In this document: in pieces, positions 1 through 9,926 of the stretch
Position numbering within the stretch: the stretch's first letter is position 1
How the letters are laid out: every line of letters starts with the position of its first letter
Sequence record: PV611058.1
DNA length: 64,000 nt
Direction: 5' to 3' (one strand)
Notes under the pieces: model-generated
What the model saw: only the letters and a program-made list of their open reading frames with translations
Database searches by the model: none
What the model was told of the DNA's origin: nothing
Made by a program: the position numbers and the translations under genes

Positions 1-80
1 TTCAACATGGATTGAACGGAAACCCGAATCCTCATTCTGATCCCAAAGTACTGGGTTAGTTTTAAACAGTACTGACATAG

Positions 81-614
81 TTATTTCCTCATGTATTTTA
101 TTACATCTTCAAATAGTTTAGTTTTCAGTGCATCATCATTACCAGGTAGAAAAGTACTGAAGCTATTAAAATCTTCATTCTTGGCAAACTCACGCATCTG
201 TGTGGAACTGTAGCGACTTATATTTCGGTCAATTCCAGCTTGAACTGCCTTGATTGAACAAAAATTATATAACTTCCCATTGTACGTGTCAAGTGTTTTT
301 TGGAATGGTTCAAGTCTATCTGAACCACATATGAAAAGAACATCTAAGTACTTTCCATCCAGTTCTCTCATTATATCAAACAGATTATCTTCTGTATAGA
401 TATTTTCTTGTACAGATGGGTAAAATCCTTCTGTATAGTACATTTTCAGTTCAGGAGGTAATGGGTTTTTGATGGCATCAGTACTGGTACTAAGGAATAT
501 TTTCAAATCAGCATTGTACTGTTCTTGTAGTGCTTGAGCTTTTTCAAACACTAAACCATGACCTCGATGTACAGGGTTAATTCTTCCGAATGTCACTACG
601 CATGTTTCTTTCAT
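81..614 (-). CDS. cytidylyltransferase-like (HxGH) nucleotidyltransferase
   Basis: TFGRINPVHRGH (HIGH-type motif), CGSDR and SSTQMR (KMSKS-like) motifs typical of phage cytidyltransferase-family proteins. Confidence 0.8.
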   Translation of the reverse strand: MKETCVVTFGRINPVHRGHGLVFEKAQALQEQYNADLKIFLSTSTDAIKNPLPPELKMYYTEGFYPSVQENIYTEDNLFDIMRELDGKYLDVLFICGSDRLEPFQKTLDTYNGKLYNFCSIKAVQAGIDRNISRYSSTQMREFAKNEDFNSFSTFLPGNDDALKTKLFEDVIKYMRK

Positions 615-1135
615 ATGTTCTTCATCACCTGACCAATAGATTTAAGATGGTTGATTTTAGCTGGAGTCAAATACTTATCCAGTACTATTAAACAACTAGG
701 GAATGGAGCACTGTCAGTCTTTTTATCTGGTTCTTCAGGGATACCGAACTTTAAGCGACCTTTTATAAAACAAATACAATCACAAACTTTCGCAGCATAA
801 TCCTGAAAGGCTATAGTATCAGTTCTTGATGGTACGAGAATCAGTACTGTAGCACCTTTGTTATATGCATCAACTGCCTTAGATAACCACGTTTTCAAAT
901 CACTGTACGGTGGGTTGAGCCACACGATATTGTTTCCCCAGTCCTGTTCAAGTGAATTGTCTTCTGGTGTAAAGAAATTATCACACAATGCTGTTTCTTT
1001 AACACATGCTGCATCTAGTGTAAATCCCCAGAGTTCATCCAAATCTTCAAAGAAATCCTTTGGAGTAGTCCAGTTATCTTTCCCAGTACTGAAATGTACT
1101 GATTGTTTTTTCTTCGAAGCATCCTTCTTCGACAT
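611..1135 (-). CDS. phage DNA N6-adenine methyltransferase (Dam-like family; specificity unknown)
   Basis: WTTPKDFF...FTLDAAC, catalytic WLNPPYS, LVPSRTDT, FIKGRLKF motifs of the phage N-6-adenine MTase family. Confidence 0.85.
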   Translation of the reverse strand: MSKKDASKKKQSVHFSTGKDNWTTPKDFFEDLDELWGFTLDAACVKETALCDNFFTPEDNSLEQDWGNNIVWLNPPYSDLKTWLSKAVDAYNKGATVLILVPSRTDTIAFQDYAAKVCDCICFIKGRLKFGIPEEPDKKTDSAPFPSCLIVLDKYLTPAKINHLKSIGQVMKNI

Positions 1136-1151
1136 ACATAATTTCCTTTGA

Positions 1152-1748
1152 TTATAGACAGTTAAGTACTATGTCATCAAAAGTACTACTGTCAATGTTG
1201 TATTCATATAAAAATTTAAAATGTGATCCATAACGCATCATCAGATTAAACTCTTCTTCAGTATTAAATTTGTAATCATGAAGAGTTTCAAGGGTACATG
1301 TTAAACCTAAAAACTCAATAATTTCTGATGTTACATCATTTCCTGAATTGAAGTATTTAACCCAAACACATTTTCCTTGTGGGTTGAATTTTCTATATTC
1401 TCCTTCTAGTTCTCCATTGACGATATGTGCTTTCGCACTGATTAGATTATTACTATAACGCTCTTCGTAGTAGTTCCCATAACGAGCTTTAAGAATTGTA
1501 GGCTTCTTGGTTGGGAATAACTTAATGGAAGTTAATTCAAAACCGCACTGCAACTCTTTGATGTACGAAATACATCCCTTTTCTTTAATCACAACAAAAC
1601 CAGTAAAATTCTCTTGGTCTTGGTTCTGATTGTCTGAATCAACAAATTCTAGTGTTTTATAAGTGACGCTTTTAGATTTTTTAATAAATGACATCATTAT
1701 TCCTATGGAAACATCAATGACTGTACATGGCGTTGACTTCATCAACAC
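1152..1748 (-). CDS. hypothetical protein with MORN-variant-like segment
   Basis: GELEGEYRKFNPQGK resembles a MORN-variant repeat; C-terminal TEEEFNLMM may be a divergent FQ-family motif. Confidence 0.6.
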   Translation of the reverse strand: MLMKSTPCTVIDVSIGIMMSFIKKSKSVTYKTLEFVDSDNQNQDQENFTGFVVIKEKGCISYIKELQCGFELTSIKLFPTKKPTILKARYGNYYEERYSNNLISAKAHIVNGELEGEYRKFNPQGKCVWVKYFNSGNDVTSEIIEFLGLTCTLETLHDYKFNTEEEFNLMMRYGSHFKFLYEYNIDSSTFDDIVLNCL

Positions 1749-1799
1749 CAGTCGAATTATACACGCTTCGCATGTCTAATTCGACGAAAGTACTATGAT

Positions 1800-2345
1800 T
1801 TGTTTTAATTAATATTGACGGGGTTTGCTTGAGCATATTTCATCCCCCCGCAGGGGAAAGAACAAAAAAGTTTGACGCTGGTGGCCTTCACATAGTTCAT
1901 ATCACGAATTCTCTTCCGAGGCGAAAGCGGGTTGCTCTGTTTCTCTCTATCGCGGTTCTTGTAGCAACGGTCGTCGGTCTTAAACATCCCGACACATAAT
2001 ACAAATACCATATGACCAGTACTTGTATTTGATTTCACGAATTTTGGACGCAACTATTTTGTATAAATTACGACCGCAAATTTCTCATGAAATCTCCCTT
2101 AGATAATTGGTAAGGTGCGATCCTTATATGTCTATCGAGGAACTCTCTTTATCCTATTGGAGTTCTTTATACAGCCGCATTGCCGTGAGTGGTTCAAACT
2201 ATGCCATCATCTAACGGGTTTCATTTGCTGTTCGTACTGAAAGGACTACTCATCTACCCTCTACTTTTCGAGTGGATTAGGCTTTAATCATTTCCATATG
2301 GAACCTTTCAGGATTAAAAAAAGGCGACAACATATTCTGCTGTCA
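1800..2345 (-). ncRNA. candidate large structured non-coding RNA (~0.5 kb), family not recognised
   Basis: no credible ORF; GC-richer than flanks; many stems; G-U pairs work on the minus strand; TGATATAAT -10 element just upstream (2352-2360). Confidence 0.4.
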
Positions 2346-2348
2346 CCT
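2315..2348 (-). terminator. intrinsic terminator-like hairpin
   Basis: GGTGACAGC-agaatat-GTTGTCGCC followed by T7, just after stop of 2366..3226. Confidence 0.6.
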
Positions 2349-2365
2349 TACATTATATCATAAAC

Positions 2366-3226
2366 TTATGGTATGTCTCGGTTGTATTCTGTTTTTTCAG
2401 TGAAATTAGTTAAGATATCTGCACTTAAGCTTCTCATAACCTCAATCTTACTTGGCATGAACCTGTGCTTGTTTTTTACATACAACTCATCATCTTCAAT
2501 GAAAGATGTGAACATGAATACCATATCTTCACGTGGGATTGAGAGAATATTACAGTTTTCATTTTCAGCAACAGGGGAATCATTGTAGTACTTAGAGAAT
2601 GCAGTACTTTGACGACCGATTATGATAGAATTTCGGATTAGAAAATTACTACAGTACTGAAAATCTTTGTAGTACTTGTCAAGGATATATGGCATTATCG
2701 CTTCTTTCACTTCTTCATATCCATTGGTACTATCAATTTCAGTACAATAATCTTCTCGGTCTTTTTTCCCTCGATGATTATCAAACTCGTACTCAAAGAA
2801 TAAATTTTCATTTAATGAATTATTTGAACCAACTGATCCACTATAGTATGATTTTCTATCATTCATTCGATCATCCGGGCATGATGCATACATAGAAATG
2901 TCATGTGTTGACGTACCGATATAAATTTTCTTAGTAATGTGATTGTACGCGATGTAATCATAATCTTGTACTCCAGTTAGCATTAACTGGAACATCAATT
3001 CATCAGGAACATCAATTAACGGGTACTCAAACTTCGAATATCTACTACGACAGAAATTCTTTTCAAATGCTCGATATGCGATGAAATCTTTTAGGTTTGT
3101 AATAGATTCATGCTCATGTGTACTACTGGTGCGTACATTGACATTAGTAGACGAGCAATACCCTTCAGATTCTTCTGCGTAGTCATAATAACCCTTACTG
3201 TAGTCAACGATTAGATAAAGTTTCAT
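2366..3226 (-). CDS. hypothetical protein
   Basis: 286 aa ORF with GGAG RBS; PDELMFQLML resembles the FQ motif. Confidence 0.75.
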   Translation of the reverse strand: MKLYLIVDYSKGYYDYAEESEGYCSSTNVNVRTSSTHEHESITNLKDFIAYRAFEKNFCRSRYSKFEYPLIDVPDELMFQLMLTGVQDYDYIAYNHITKKIYIGTSTHDISMYASCPDDRMNDRKSYYSGSVGSNNSLNENLFFEYEFDNHRGKKDREDYCTEIDSTNGYEEVKEAIMPYILDKYYKDFQYCSNFLIRNSIIIGRQSTAFSKYYNDSPVAENENCNILSIPREDMVFMFTSFIEDDELYVKNKHRFMPSKIEVMRSLSADILTNFTEKTEYNRDIP

Positions 3227-3237
3227 ATATCTCCAGA

Positions 3238-3270
3238 CAAAAAAAAGACGAGATATTATATCCCGTCCTT
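3238..3270 (-). terminator. intrinsic terminator
   Basis: GACGGGAT...ATCTCGTC stem followed by T8. Confidence 0.6.
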
Positions 3271-3277
3271 TGGTTTA

Positions 3278-3583
3278 TTAGTGGCTTGCCCAGCAGTAAA
3301 CAGGACGTAGATTTTCCATTGGGTTTACTTCAGGCTTCAGTACTGTAACACGAACTTCATACGGAGTACCATCTGCATGATGGAACGTTTCGTAATGAAT
3401 ACTCTCAATGAAGGTTTCATATTCTTCTTGAGAACGTGAACGAACTGATGGGGAATATTTCTTTTTGGTATCTGATTTTAGTGTAACACTTACTAGTTCT
3501 GATTCTTCACCATTTTCAAGTTTATTGAAATCGAACTCTGGTACACCTTCAAACATATCAAATTTCATTCCGTTGTCTTCCAT
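3278..3583 (-). CDS. hypothetical protein
   Basis: 101 aa acidic ORF with AAGGA RBS. Confidence 0.75.
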   Translation of the reverse strand: MEDNGMKFDMFEGVPEFDFNKLENGEESELVSVTLKSDTKKKYSPSVRSRSQEEYETFIESIHYETFHHADGTPYEVRVTVLKPEVNPMENLRPVYCWASH

Positions 3584-3634
3584 TTTAAATTCCTTTTTAT
3601 ATAATGTTAGTTAGATAGTTTTTAATAAATCAGA

Positions 3635-4021
3635 TTAGATTACGTCATACGGTAGAGTACCGTGACGGAATTTATCAAGTTGTGCAAGAACTTCTTTACG
3701 TTCGACAATCTCTGGCACATCTTCTTGCAGTTGGTCACATACTTCAACGATGAAATCCCAATCGCTCTCACAACTCACACGTACTGCTTCAATTGTTTTC
3801 CAATCAGCACTAATTTCACCTTCAGGATTTACATACGAAGGCCATACCTTTCCATAGTCTTGTACTGATTTGTCGTTAAGAACACGAATAGCATTGAAAA
3901 TCTGTCCAGTACTGAAGTGTTTAGTATTCTTCATGTCTTCTAAGCAACATAGCTTAGGTTCACCCTGGACTTCAATCAGAAGTACACCACCAATAGCTTT
4001 TAGAACAGAACTTGTATTCAT
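3635..4021 (-). CDS. hypothetical protein
   Basis: 128 aa ORF with GGAG RBS. Confidence 0.75.
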   Translation of the reverse strand: MNTSSVLKAIGGVLLIEVQGEPKLCCLEDMKNTKHFSTGQIFNAIRVLNDKSVQDYGKVWPSYVNPEGEISADWKTIEAVRVSCESDWDFIVEVCDQLQEDVPEIVERKEVLAQLDKFRHGTLPYDVI

Positions 4022-4092
4022 CTATATCTCCATTTATCAAAAAAAGATGTGAACATTATATCACAAGGAATTGTCATGTCCACAATATTTTA

Positions 4093-4386
4093 TCAAATAG
4101 TCAAACTTTCGTGCCAGTTATTGAAATCGTTAATAGCCAGCATAAACATATTCTCATCATTAAATTCTAGAATATGTTCATTGTATAAGTAGCTAATGTA
4201 CTTATTACTACAGTGTTTGCTATTCATAATTAGCATTTCAACTGCACGTTCATACGAACATGGGCTGAGATACAATTTTGTTCCATCAGGATGCTCAATC
4301 TCCACTGCACCAGGTGGAATAAAACGTTCACCAGTATAAGGGATATACGGCTCTGTTTTGAAAATAAGTTTGAATTTAGTATCCAT
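4093..4386 (-). CDS. hypothetical protein
   Basis: 97 aa ORF with GAGG RBS; NDENMFMLAI weakly FQ-like. Confidence 0.7.
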   Translation of the reverse strand: MDTKFKLIFKTEPYIPYTGERFIPPGAVEIEHPDGTKLYLSPCSYERAVEMLIMNSKHCSNKYISYLYNEHILEFNDENMFMLAINDFNNWHESLTI

Positions 4387-4402
4387 ACCAAATCCTCCAT
4401 AA

Positions 4403-5251
4403 TTACATTGTTTCTTTTATGTTGCGTAACATAGTATTAACTATGTTCATCTTCCCGCCTAACTTGAAGTAATATTCCAATTTATTAATAATATTACTTT
4501 TTAATATCTCAAATATTTGATATTCATTTGTTTCGAAACCAAGTTCGAATTGGAAAGTATATAAATTGTTGAATAGATGTACCAACGATGCATCAGGTGA
4601 TTCCATTGTAAATGTGTAGTTGGTACGATAACCAGTACTAATCACTACTTCCGATGATTCACCTTTCATGGATATGTCAATATTATACATCATTGGGCGA
4701 CCAGTTGCAATATCTTTCATTCGGAAGAATGCAGTACTACGATACACAACACCATCTTCGGTAACCTTTTCTTGTATAGTGATATTTGAAACTTCACTCT
4801 CTTTGAATTTGGATTCGAATGAATGAATACGATTTGATTTTTCATCATCCGTATACATAGTGCATGTATATTTTCCAAAATCATCTCTAGATGTATATGA
4901 TTTATCACTGCTAGTTTTATAAAACGAAACCCCATTGATGTGTTCTTCTTTGTACATCATTGTGTCATTGGATTTGTAGTATGAACAATTAGGTGTTGAA
5001 AGAGATTCAAAATTGTTCACATCATGACAGTAAGAAATAGAAGAATCGCTATACAGTACTACATCACGAATTGCAACTTCTTTTGAAGTACCTTTTTTGA
5101 CAGAAATTTGAAAGTCATTACATGGGAAAATTCTATATCCATCGTATGAATCTGATGTACTGATGCCAAATGGTGTAGTAGAATTTAGAAATTCGTTGAT
5201 ATGTTCAAGTACTGAATACTTTTTGAAATTACGAAAATCTGTTGTATCCAT
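4403..5251 (-). CDS. hypothetical protein
   Basis: 282 aa ORF with AGGAG RBS. Confidence 0.75.
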   Translation of the reverse strand: MDTTDFRNFKKYSVLEHINEFLNSTTPFGISTSDSYDGYRIFPCNDFQISVKKGTSKEVAIRDVVLYSDSSISYCHDVNNFESLSTPNCSYYKSNDTMMYKEEHINGVSFYKTSSDKSYTSRDDFGKYTCTMYTDDEKSNRIHSFESKFKESEVSNITIQEKVTEDGVVYRSTAFFRMKDIATGRPMMYNIDISMKGESSEVVISTGYRTNYTFTMESPDASLVHLFNNLYTFQFELGFETNEYQIFEILKSNIINKLEYYFKLGGKMNIVNTMLRNIKETM

Positions 5252-5278
5252 AGTAATACAATCTCCTAAATTTCGGAC

Positions 5279-5310
5279 AAAAAATTAGTCGAGAATAAAT
5301 CTCGACTTGT
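5279..5310 (-). terminator. intrinsic terminator
   Basis: AGTCGAGA-tttat-TCTCGACT plus T tract. Confidence 0.65.
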
Positions 5311-5418
5311 GTTTTACTTTACCATTCTTCATTGCTTTTTTACGGTCCACATGTGTTTGAGGTTTATTAAACTCATTCATATGCTTTTGTACAAAGTTGT
5401 TTACATTTTTAGCCATAC

Positions 5419-5892
5419 TTACTCCAAATCGGGATCTTTAACTGTTAGGCTTTCAATATCACTTGCGTAAAGAACTACATTAGTTTGTGTCTCTGATACT
5501 TTAAAATCATGATAACTATCTTTCACTTTAAAATTATCCAAAATAAACCCTTTACTACAACACATCATGATTTTATCATCTTTGATAGTGTATGTATTCT
5601 TTTTCTTACGTACTTCAGATTGTGGGGTAATATTATCATTGTTACGAATAACACAATCAATGTACTCGTCATTTGTACTCATAGGCATACCCATGATAAA
5701 CGAATTACTAGTACTGATTGTTAGTATGAAAACATTAGTATTTGGATTGTGAAAGAAGTCGTGCATAGTTTTACTGCATAAAAACAAGCACTGAATTATG
5801 TCCTTTACATTGAACATTATATCATGAACTTTGAATGCGTCCAACTCTAAAATGTCATCTATCTTTCCATTCTCAACAGTTTTAATCTCCAT
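5419..5892 (-). CDS. hypothetical protein
   Basis: 157 aa ORF with AAGGA RBS. Confidence 0.7.
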   Translation of the reverse strand: MEIKTVENGKIDDILELDAFKVHDIMFNVKDIIQCLFLCSKTMHDFFHNPNTNVFILTISTSNSFIMGMPMSTNDEYIDCVIRNNDNITPQSEVRKKKNTYTIKDDKIMMCCSKGFILDNFKVKDSYHDFKVSETQTNVVLYASDIESLTVKDPDLE

Positions 5893-5934
5893 GATCTATC
5901 CTTGATCTTCAAAGGCACTCCATGTGCACATATA

Positions 5935-6435
5935 TTAGGTCACAGCTTTGTATTTCTCCATTGCTTCGGTGATATTCAATACTGCTTGCGGTACGTCACT
6001 TTTGTTGTATGCAATGGTTAGTTTTTCCATGTTATTGAGAAGACTTAGAAACAATGGAAGTACTTCTGCATTGTCACTGAAGTTACAATCATTGACAGTA
6101 CTCAATTGAAATAACTCACCAGCATCAACATTGAGTGTGTTGTATTCTTTAACAATGTTTTCTTCAGTATTGAAGATGTAGAATACAGTCCCCATGTGGT
6201 GTAAGTATACACCAGTATCATTCTGAATATGACATGGGGTGATTACAATTGCTGTGTTATCAATATTATTTACTATTGTCAAACGCAGACTATGTAACCC
6301 AAAGATTACAGTACAATCCTTTGTACTGTGTTGGATCTGGTCACTAGTAAAGGAAGACCCACTATGATTTTTAGATCCATTTAGTATTTCTTTGATAATT
6401 TTAAATGAATACTTCATCGAATTAGTTAAAAGCAT
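5935..6435 (-). CDS. FQ-motif family hypothetical protein
   Basis: motif DAGELFQLSTVND. Confidence 0.75.
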   Translation of the reverse strand: MLLTNSMKYSFKIIKEILNGSKNHSGSSFTSDQIQHSTKDCTVIFGLHSLRLTIVNNIDNTAIVITPCHIQNDTGVYLHHMGTVFYIFNTEENIVKEYNTLNVDAGELFQLSTVNDCNFSDNAEVLPLFLSLLNNMEKLTIAYNKSDVPQAVLNITEAMEKYKAVT

Positions 6436-6835
6436 GAACTTTACCTTTAAGTAAATTAATTAATGATCGCATAGATTCAGTACTGACAGTACCAAAATCA
6501 ACACCTAAGCACTCGTATTGAAAGAACTCAATAGAATCAATTGAGTCCAAAGGAATCTCAACAACCTGATTCCCTATACCAGACATAGTAACATTGCTTT
6601 TATTAATCGTCAAGAAGTTTTTTGAATAAGTATTAAATTTTAGTGAAATCGCATCGGGGTGCTTTGTAACAATGCAGTACTGGGAGCCATACACATATAG
6701 TACTTTACTTTCACTAAGATCCGTTTTAAAAAAATGAATCCCATTGAAGTATTTCTCATTGGCTTCCATCGCCGCGATTAGTTCATCTGTTGTTGTTAAC
6801 CTTGTTTCGTTCTTCGTTAAACTGTTGAAAAGCAT
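6422..6835 (-). CDS. FQ-motif family hypothetical protein
   Basis: motif DSIEFFQYECLG. Confidence 0.75.
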   Translation of the reverse strand: MLFNSLTKNETRLTTTDELIAAMEANEKYFNGIHFFKTDLSESKVLYVYGSQYCIVTKHPDAISLKFNTYSKNFLTINKSNVTMSGIGNQVVEIPLDSIDSIEFFQYECLGVDFGTVSTESMRSLINLLKGKVHAFN

Positions 6836-7256
6836 AGAATACTACCTTAACCATTTGTAGTGTTTCAGACATTACTTCTGATGAAAATTCAACATCATTG
6901 AATTTCAGCATAGTGTTCTGTGTAAAGAAAGTTGCTTCTAAGTCTTCCAGATTGAAGGGTTCATCAAACAAATTAGTACTGAACATGTCAGTCTTCTTCT
7001 TGTATGTGAACAAGAATTTGGAATTATAACGAAGAACTATTTCATCTTTATTAACCAAAATACGTGCAATGTTCTGACGTGTCAATGTGGTAATGTTTAA
7101 ATTGAACACGTTCTTGCGTGTTTCAGTGATATCAACAAAATACCCATCTCCCTGATGGATATTACATCGTACATCCAACCCTTTCTGTACTGTATTGAAC
7201 AGTGCATCTTGAATAAAATAATTTGCTGTATCGATGTTTCCTAAAATGTCTAACAT
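6783..7256 (-). CDS. FQ-motif family hypothetical protein (divergent)
   Basis: motif LEATFFTQNTML. Confidence 0.7.
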   Translation of the reverse strand: MLDILGNIDTANYFIQDALFNTVQKGLDVRCNIHQGDGYFVDITETRKNVFNLNITTLTRQNIARILVNKDEIVLRYNSKFLFTYKKKTDMFSTNLFDEPFNLEDLEATFFTQNTMLKFNDVEFSSEVMSETLQMVKVVFYAFQQFNEERNKVNNNR

Positions 7257-7768
7257 AACTTCTCCTTGATTGCTGTCATATTTAGAAGAAATTCTTCAAG
7301 CAATTCCTCTGTAACATACTCAACATACCAGAATATCACAATATCTTTTGAAAGTCGAGTATTCTTAAAAATATCTACTAACTCTTTGTAGTACTCAAGA
7401 TCATATACATCTTTTATAATTAGTGAGTACTGAAATAGTGATTCTTCAGTTAACTTAAATTCTGGATATAGTAAGTCATTAAATTCTAATGATTCTGATT
7501 GTACTTTTATTTTAGTGAAGTCATTTGTTAATCCACCATTACATCCATATAATGCAGCGTAATTCACGAACTTGGCTTTTGGATTAAAATCAAGAACAGT
7601 TTCACCATTATATGACAATCGGTGGAACGCCGTGAACTTTGTAATTTGCCACGGTTGCTTAATATCTAAGTCATTTATGTCTTTATTATTGTACATAAGA
7701 ACAGTGAATATTTCAGCAATCTTCAATAATAATTTAGTACGTGCTAGTACTGTCATAGGTTCAATCAT
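7250..7768 (-). CDS. FQ-motif family hypothetical protein
   Basis: motif TEESLFQYSLII. Confidence 0.75.
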   Translation of the reverse strand: MIEPMTVLARTKLLLKIAEIFTVLMYNNKDINDLDIKQPWQITKFTAFHRLSYNGETVLDFNPKAKFVNYAALYGCNGGLTNDFTKIKVQSESLEFNDLLYPEFKLTEESLFQYSLIIKDVYDLEYYKELVDIFKNTRLSKDIVIFWYVEYVTEELLEEFLLNMTAIKEKLC

Positions 7769-8181
7769 TATACACCTTCATATTCATCAAGGAAATCTTC
7801 GATGATCATTTCTGCGTCATCCATGTGCATAGCATCAACTTCAACAATGCGAACCTTAGACGTATCCCAAATCATATAGCTAGGAACTGTATCTGGTTCG
7901 TAATCGTTTTTGTACTGAACTGCATCATAGCCGTTAATTTCGCAGTACTCAATCACTCCACGCCATTCGTCGTCACTGCCCATATCCGTCCACAGAAGCA
8001 CGTTATCAACATCAACTTCTAAGGTATGTAAGTATACTGTATCAGCGTCAACAACGTTCAGTGGGCTTCTCAACTTGCGTAATGCAGCTTCTAAAGCACT
8101 GTGTTTACCTCCCATATGAAGGCCACCATACGGGATATAAAAGTTATCAATTTTTACAGTACTCGCATGATACAGTTTCAT
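7768..8181 (-). CDS. putative ADP-ribosyltransferase-fold protein
   Basis: N-terminal KLYHAS, then GLHMG and AALEAA, a pattern like ART-fold phage proteins; lacks FQ motif. Confidence 0.45.
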   Translation of the reverse strand: MKLYHASTVKIDNFYIPYGGLHMGGKHSALEAALRKLRSPLNVVDADTVYLHTLEVDVDNVLLWTDMGSDDEWRGVIEYCEINGYDAVQYKNDYEPDTVPSYMIWDTSKVRIVEVDAMHMDDAEMIIEDFLDEYEGV

Positions 8182-8190
8182 TATTCATTC

Positions 8191-8775
8191 CTATTTCAGT
8201 ACTTTGACAAGGGCTTTAACCGCTGTTTCAAGTTGTGCAAAGTCGTTGATTGTAAGATAATGAATACCCAATGTACTCATTTCTGAATCTATTTTACTAT
8301 ACAAATCGAACATGTCAAGTAGATATTGATATGTATATGACTCCGATGACACACATGATTCTTGAAATAGACGTTCTTCCATATCATTTACTACTTCATC
8401 ATTTGCGTCTCGAATCACACCATCTTTGTATGTGTAGTAAATCTCATCCCATTCATCTGATAAGCGGAATAGTAAAGGTTTACCATTAAACATCTCAAGG
8501 TCATATGCATTGACTTCACTCAATAACATATCATCAGGATCAGGTGTGAAATCGAATTGAGCGAGTGAAGAACCATCATAATCCTTAAGGAATACACCAA
8601 TAGCATTCAATTTAACTTCGCCATAATTGCCATTCTTGAACTTTACACGAATATTAATATCAATGTTTTGAACAGTATCATCATCTTGGAATTGATAATC
8701 AATTTTATACTTTTCCCAAAGTTTTTTAATATCTTTAAAGTACTTAATTTTACTTTCTATTTCTTTAAAGTTCAT
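8191..8775 (-). CDS. FQ-motif family hypothetical protein
   Basis: motif MEERLFQESCVS. Confidence 0.75.
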   Translation of the reverse strand: MNFKEIESKIKYFKDIKKLWEKYKIDYQFQDDDTVQNIDINIRVKFKNGNYGEVKLNAIGVFLKDYDGSSLAQFDFTPDPDDMLLSEVNAYDLEMFNGKPLLFRLSDEWDEIYYTYKDGVIRDANDEVVNDMEERLFQESCVSSESYTYQYLLDMFDLYSKIDSEMSTLGIHYLTINDFAQLETAVKALVKVLK

Positions 8776-9403
8776 CTGGAACCGCCATCTCTTGTATGTT
8801 CTTGCATTTTATCATTGCACAATTAGTATGTAAAATGATAGCGTACTTGTGTAATGATTTAATTTTATAACACTCATTAAGTACTGAAATGATGCCCCAT
8901 AACTCTTCTACATCAATAGTGATAGGTTCACTAGTACTAAGTTGCATTAGTGCTGCTTCCACATCATCTTTGTTATTGATTTTGAACTGCATACCACGTT
9001 TCAGTATTTTGGTTTTTGGATTATACTCTGCCATTACATCACCTTCAGGGTAACCCTCGTGTAATAATAATGTAGTCTCATAACCTCCACAATTGAAATT
9101 AATTTCATCATAGTCAGGAACACAAATCATTCCTTCACCATATTGATTATCTACTGATTCGATTGTTAAAATACGCTGATGTTCATTACTCAGGATAATA
9201 GAATCATGCCAGTACTGCGTAGTGAATTTACTACGTTTCTTTTGACAGCACATACTTGACATGGGACCATACTTTTTATATAGGGACTTCTTGAATGCTA
9301 TCGCATCAGGAGCCACCTTAATAACTTCTCGAATTAGGTCAATAGCTTCTTGATAACTTTTTCTCATTTGTCGTACCCATATAAAATATGATCTAAAGTG
9401 CAT
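8765..9403 (-). CDS. FQ-motif family hypothetical protein (divergent)
   Basis: motif VEAALMQLSTSE; true start probably MRKSY. Confidence 0.7.
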   Translation of the reverse strand: MHFRSYFIWVRQMRKSYQEAIDLIREVIKVAPDAIAFKKSLYKKYGPMSSMCCQKKRSKFTTQYWHDSIILSNEHQRILTIESVDNQYGEGMICVPDYDEINFNCGGYETTLLLHEGYPEGDVMAEYNPKTKILKRGMQFKINNKDDVEAALMQLSTSEPITIDVEELWGIISVLNECYKIKSLHKYAIILHTNCAMIKCKNIQEMAVPDEL

Positions 9404-9915
9404 TGAACTTCTTCATGGAAGAACAGTGGGTAAATTTGTATCAATTTTTCTTTAAGTTCAAGTGAATGGCATAATTCTAATGCTTTGATACAATCTTCAT
9501 ATTGAACTAAGCTATGTATTGTACTTAACTGGAAATGTTGTTCTTCAGAGTAAGCTAAATCATATACCAAATTATCATCTAAAAGGTTTGATTTCTTTGA
9601 AGGATCAAGTACTGTGTTGCTATGACCTACCCAGAAAAAAGCATTGGTGTTCATATTATTACAACCCCAACCTGCCCCCATTTTCTGGTGAATAGCAAAG
9701 ACACAACTATCATAGAGATTAATACCAAGACGTTCTTCGTTGACATAAATCGTAACACCATCGATTGTCATGGTTATTTGGAAACGCATTGAACCTTCAC
9801 TTCGTGAACGTGCACAGAAGCCAAGATAACGGTTAATAATTGTATTGATTTTATCTGCCCATCCTTCCACATCTTTGGATGCACATAATTTAAAAAGATC
9901 ATGACTTTGATTCAT
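9364..9915 (-). CDS. FQ-motif family hypothetical protein
   Basis: motif SEEQHFQLSTIH. Confidence 0.75.
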   Translation of the reverse strand: MNQSHDLFKLCASKDVEGWADKINTIINRYLGFCARSRSEGSMRFQITMTIDGVTIYVNEERLGINLYDSCVFAIHQKMGAGWGCNNMNTNAFFWVGHSNTVLDPSKKSNLLDDNLVYDLAYSEEQHFQLSTIHSLVQYEDCIKALELCHSLELKEKLIQIYPLFFHEEVQCTLDHILYGYDK

Positions 9916-9926
9916 GTAGTTCTCCG

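Noticed and set aside
1805-2053. 82-aa ORF inside the structured region
   Set aside because: TTG start, no RBS, atypical composition; the region is better explained by RNA structure.
1800-2345. tmRNA, RNase P, tRNA or self-splicing intron identity for the candidate ncRNA
   Set aside because: A CCACCA and a GGGGATG occur, but without a T-arm, acceptor pairing, RNase P conserved regions, or group I/II catalytic motifs.
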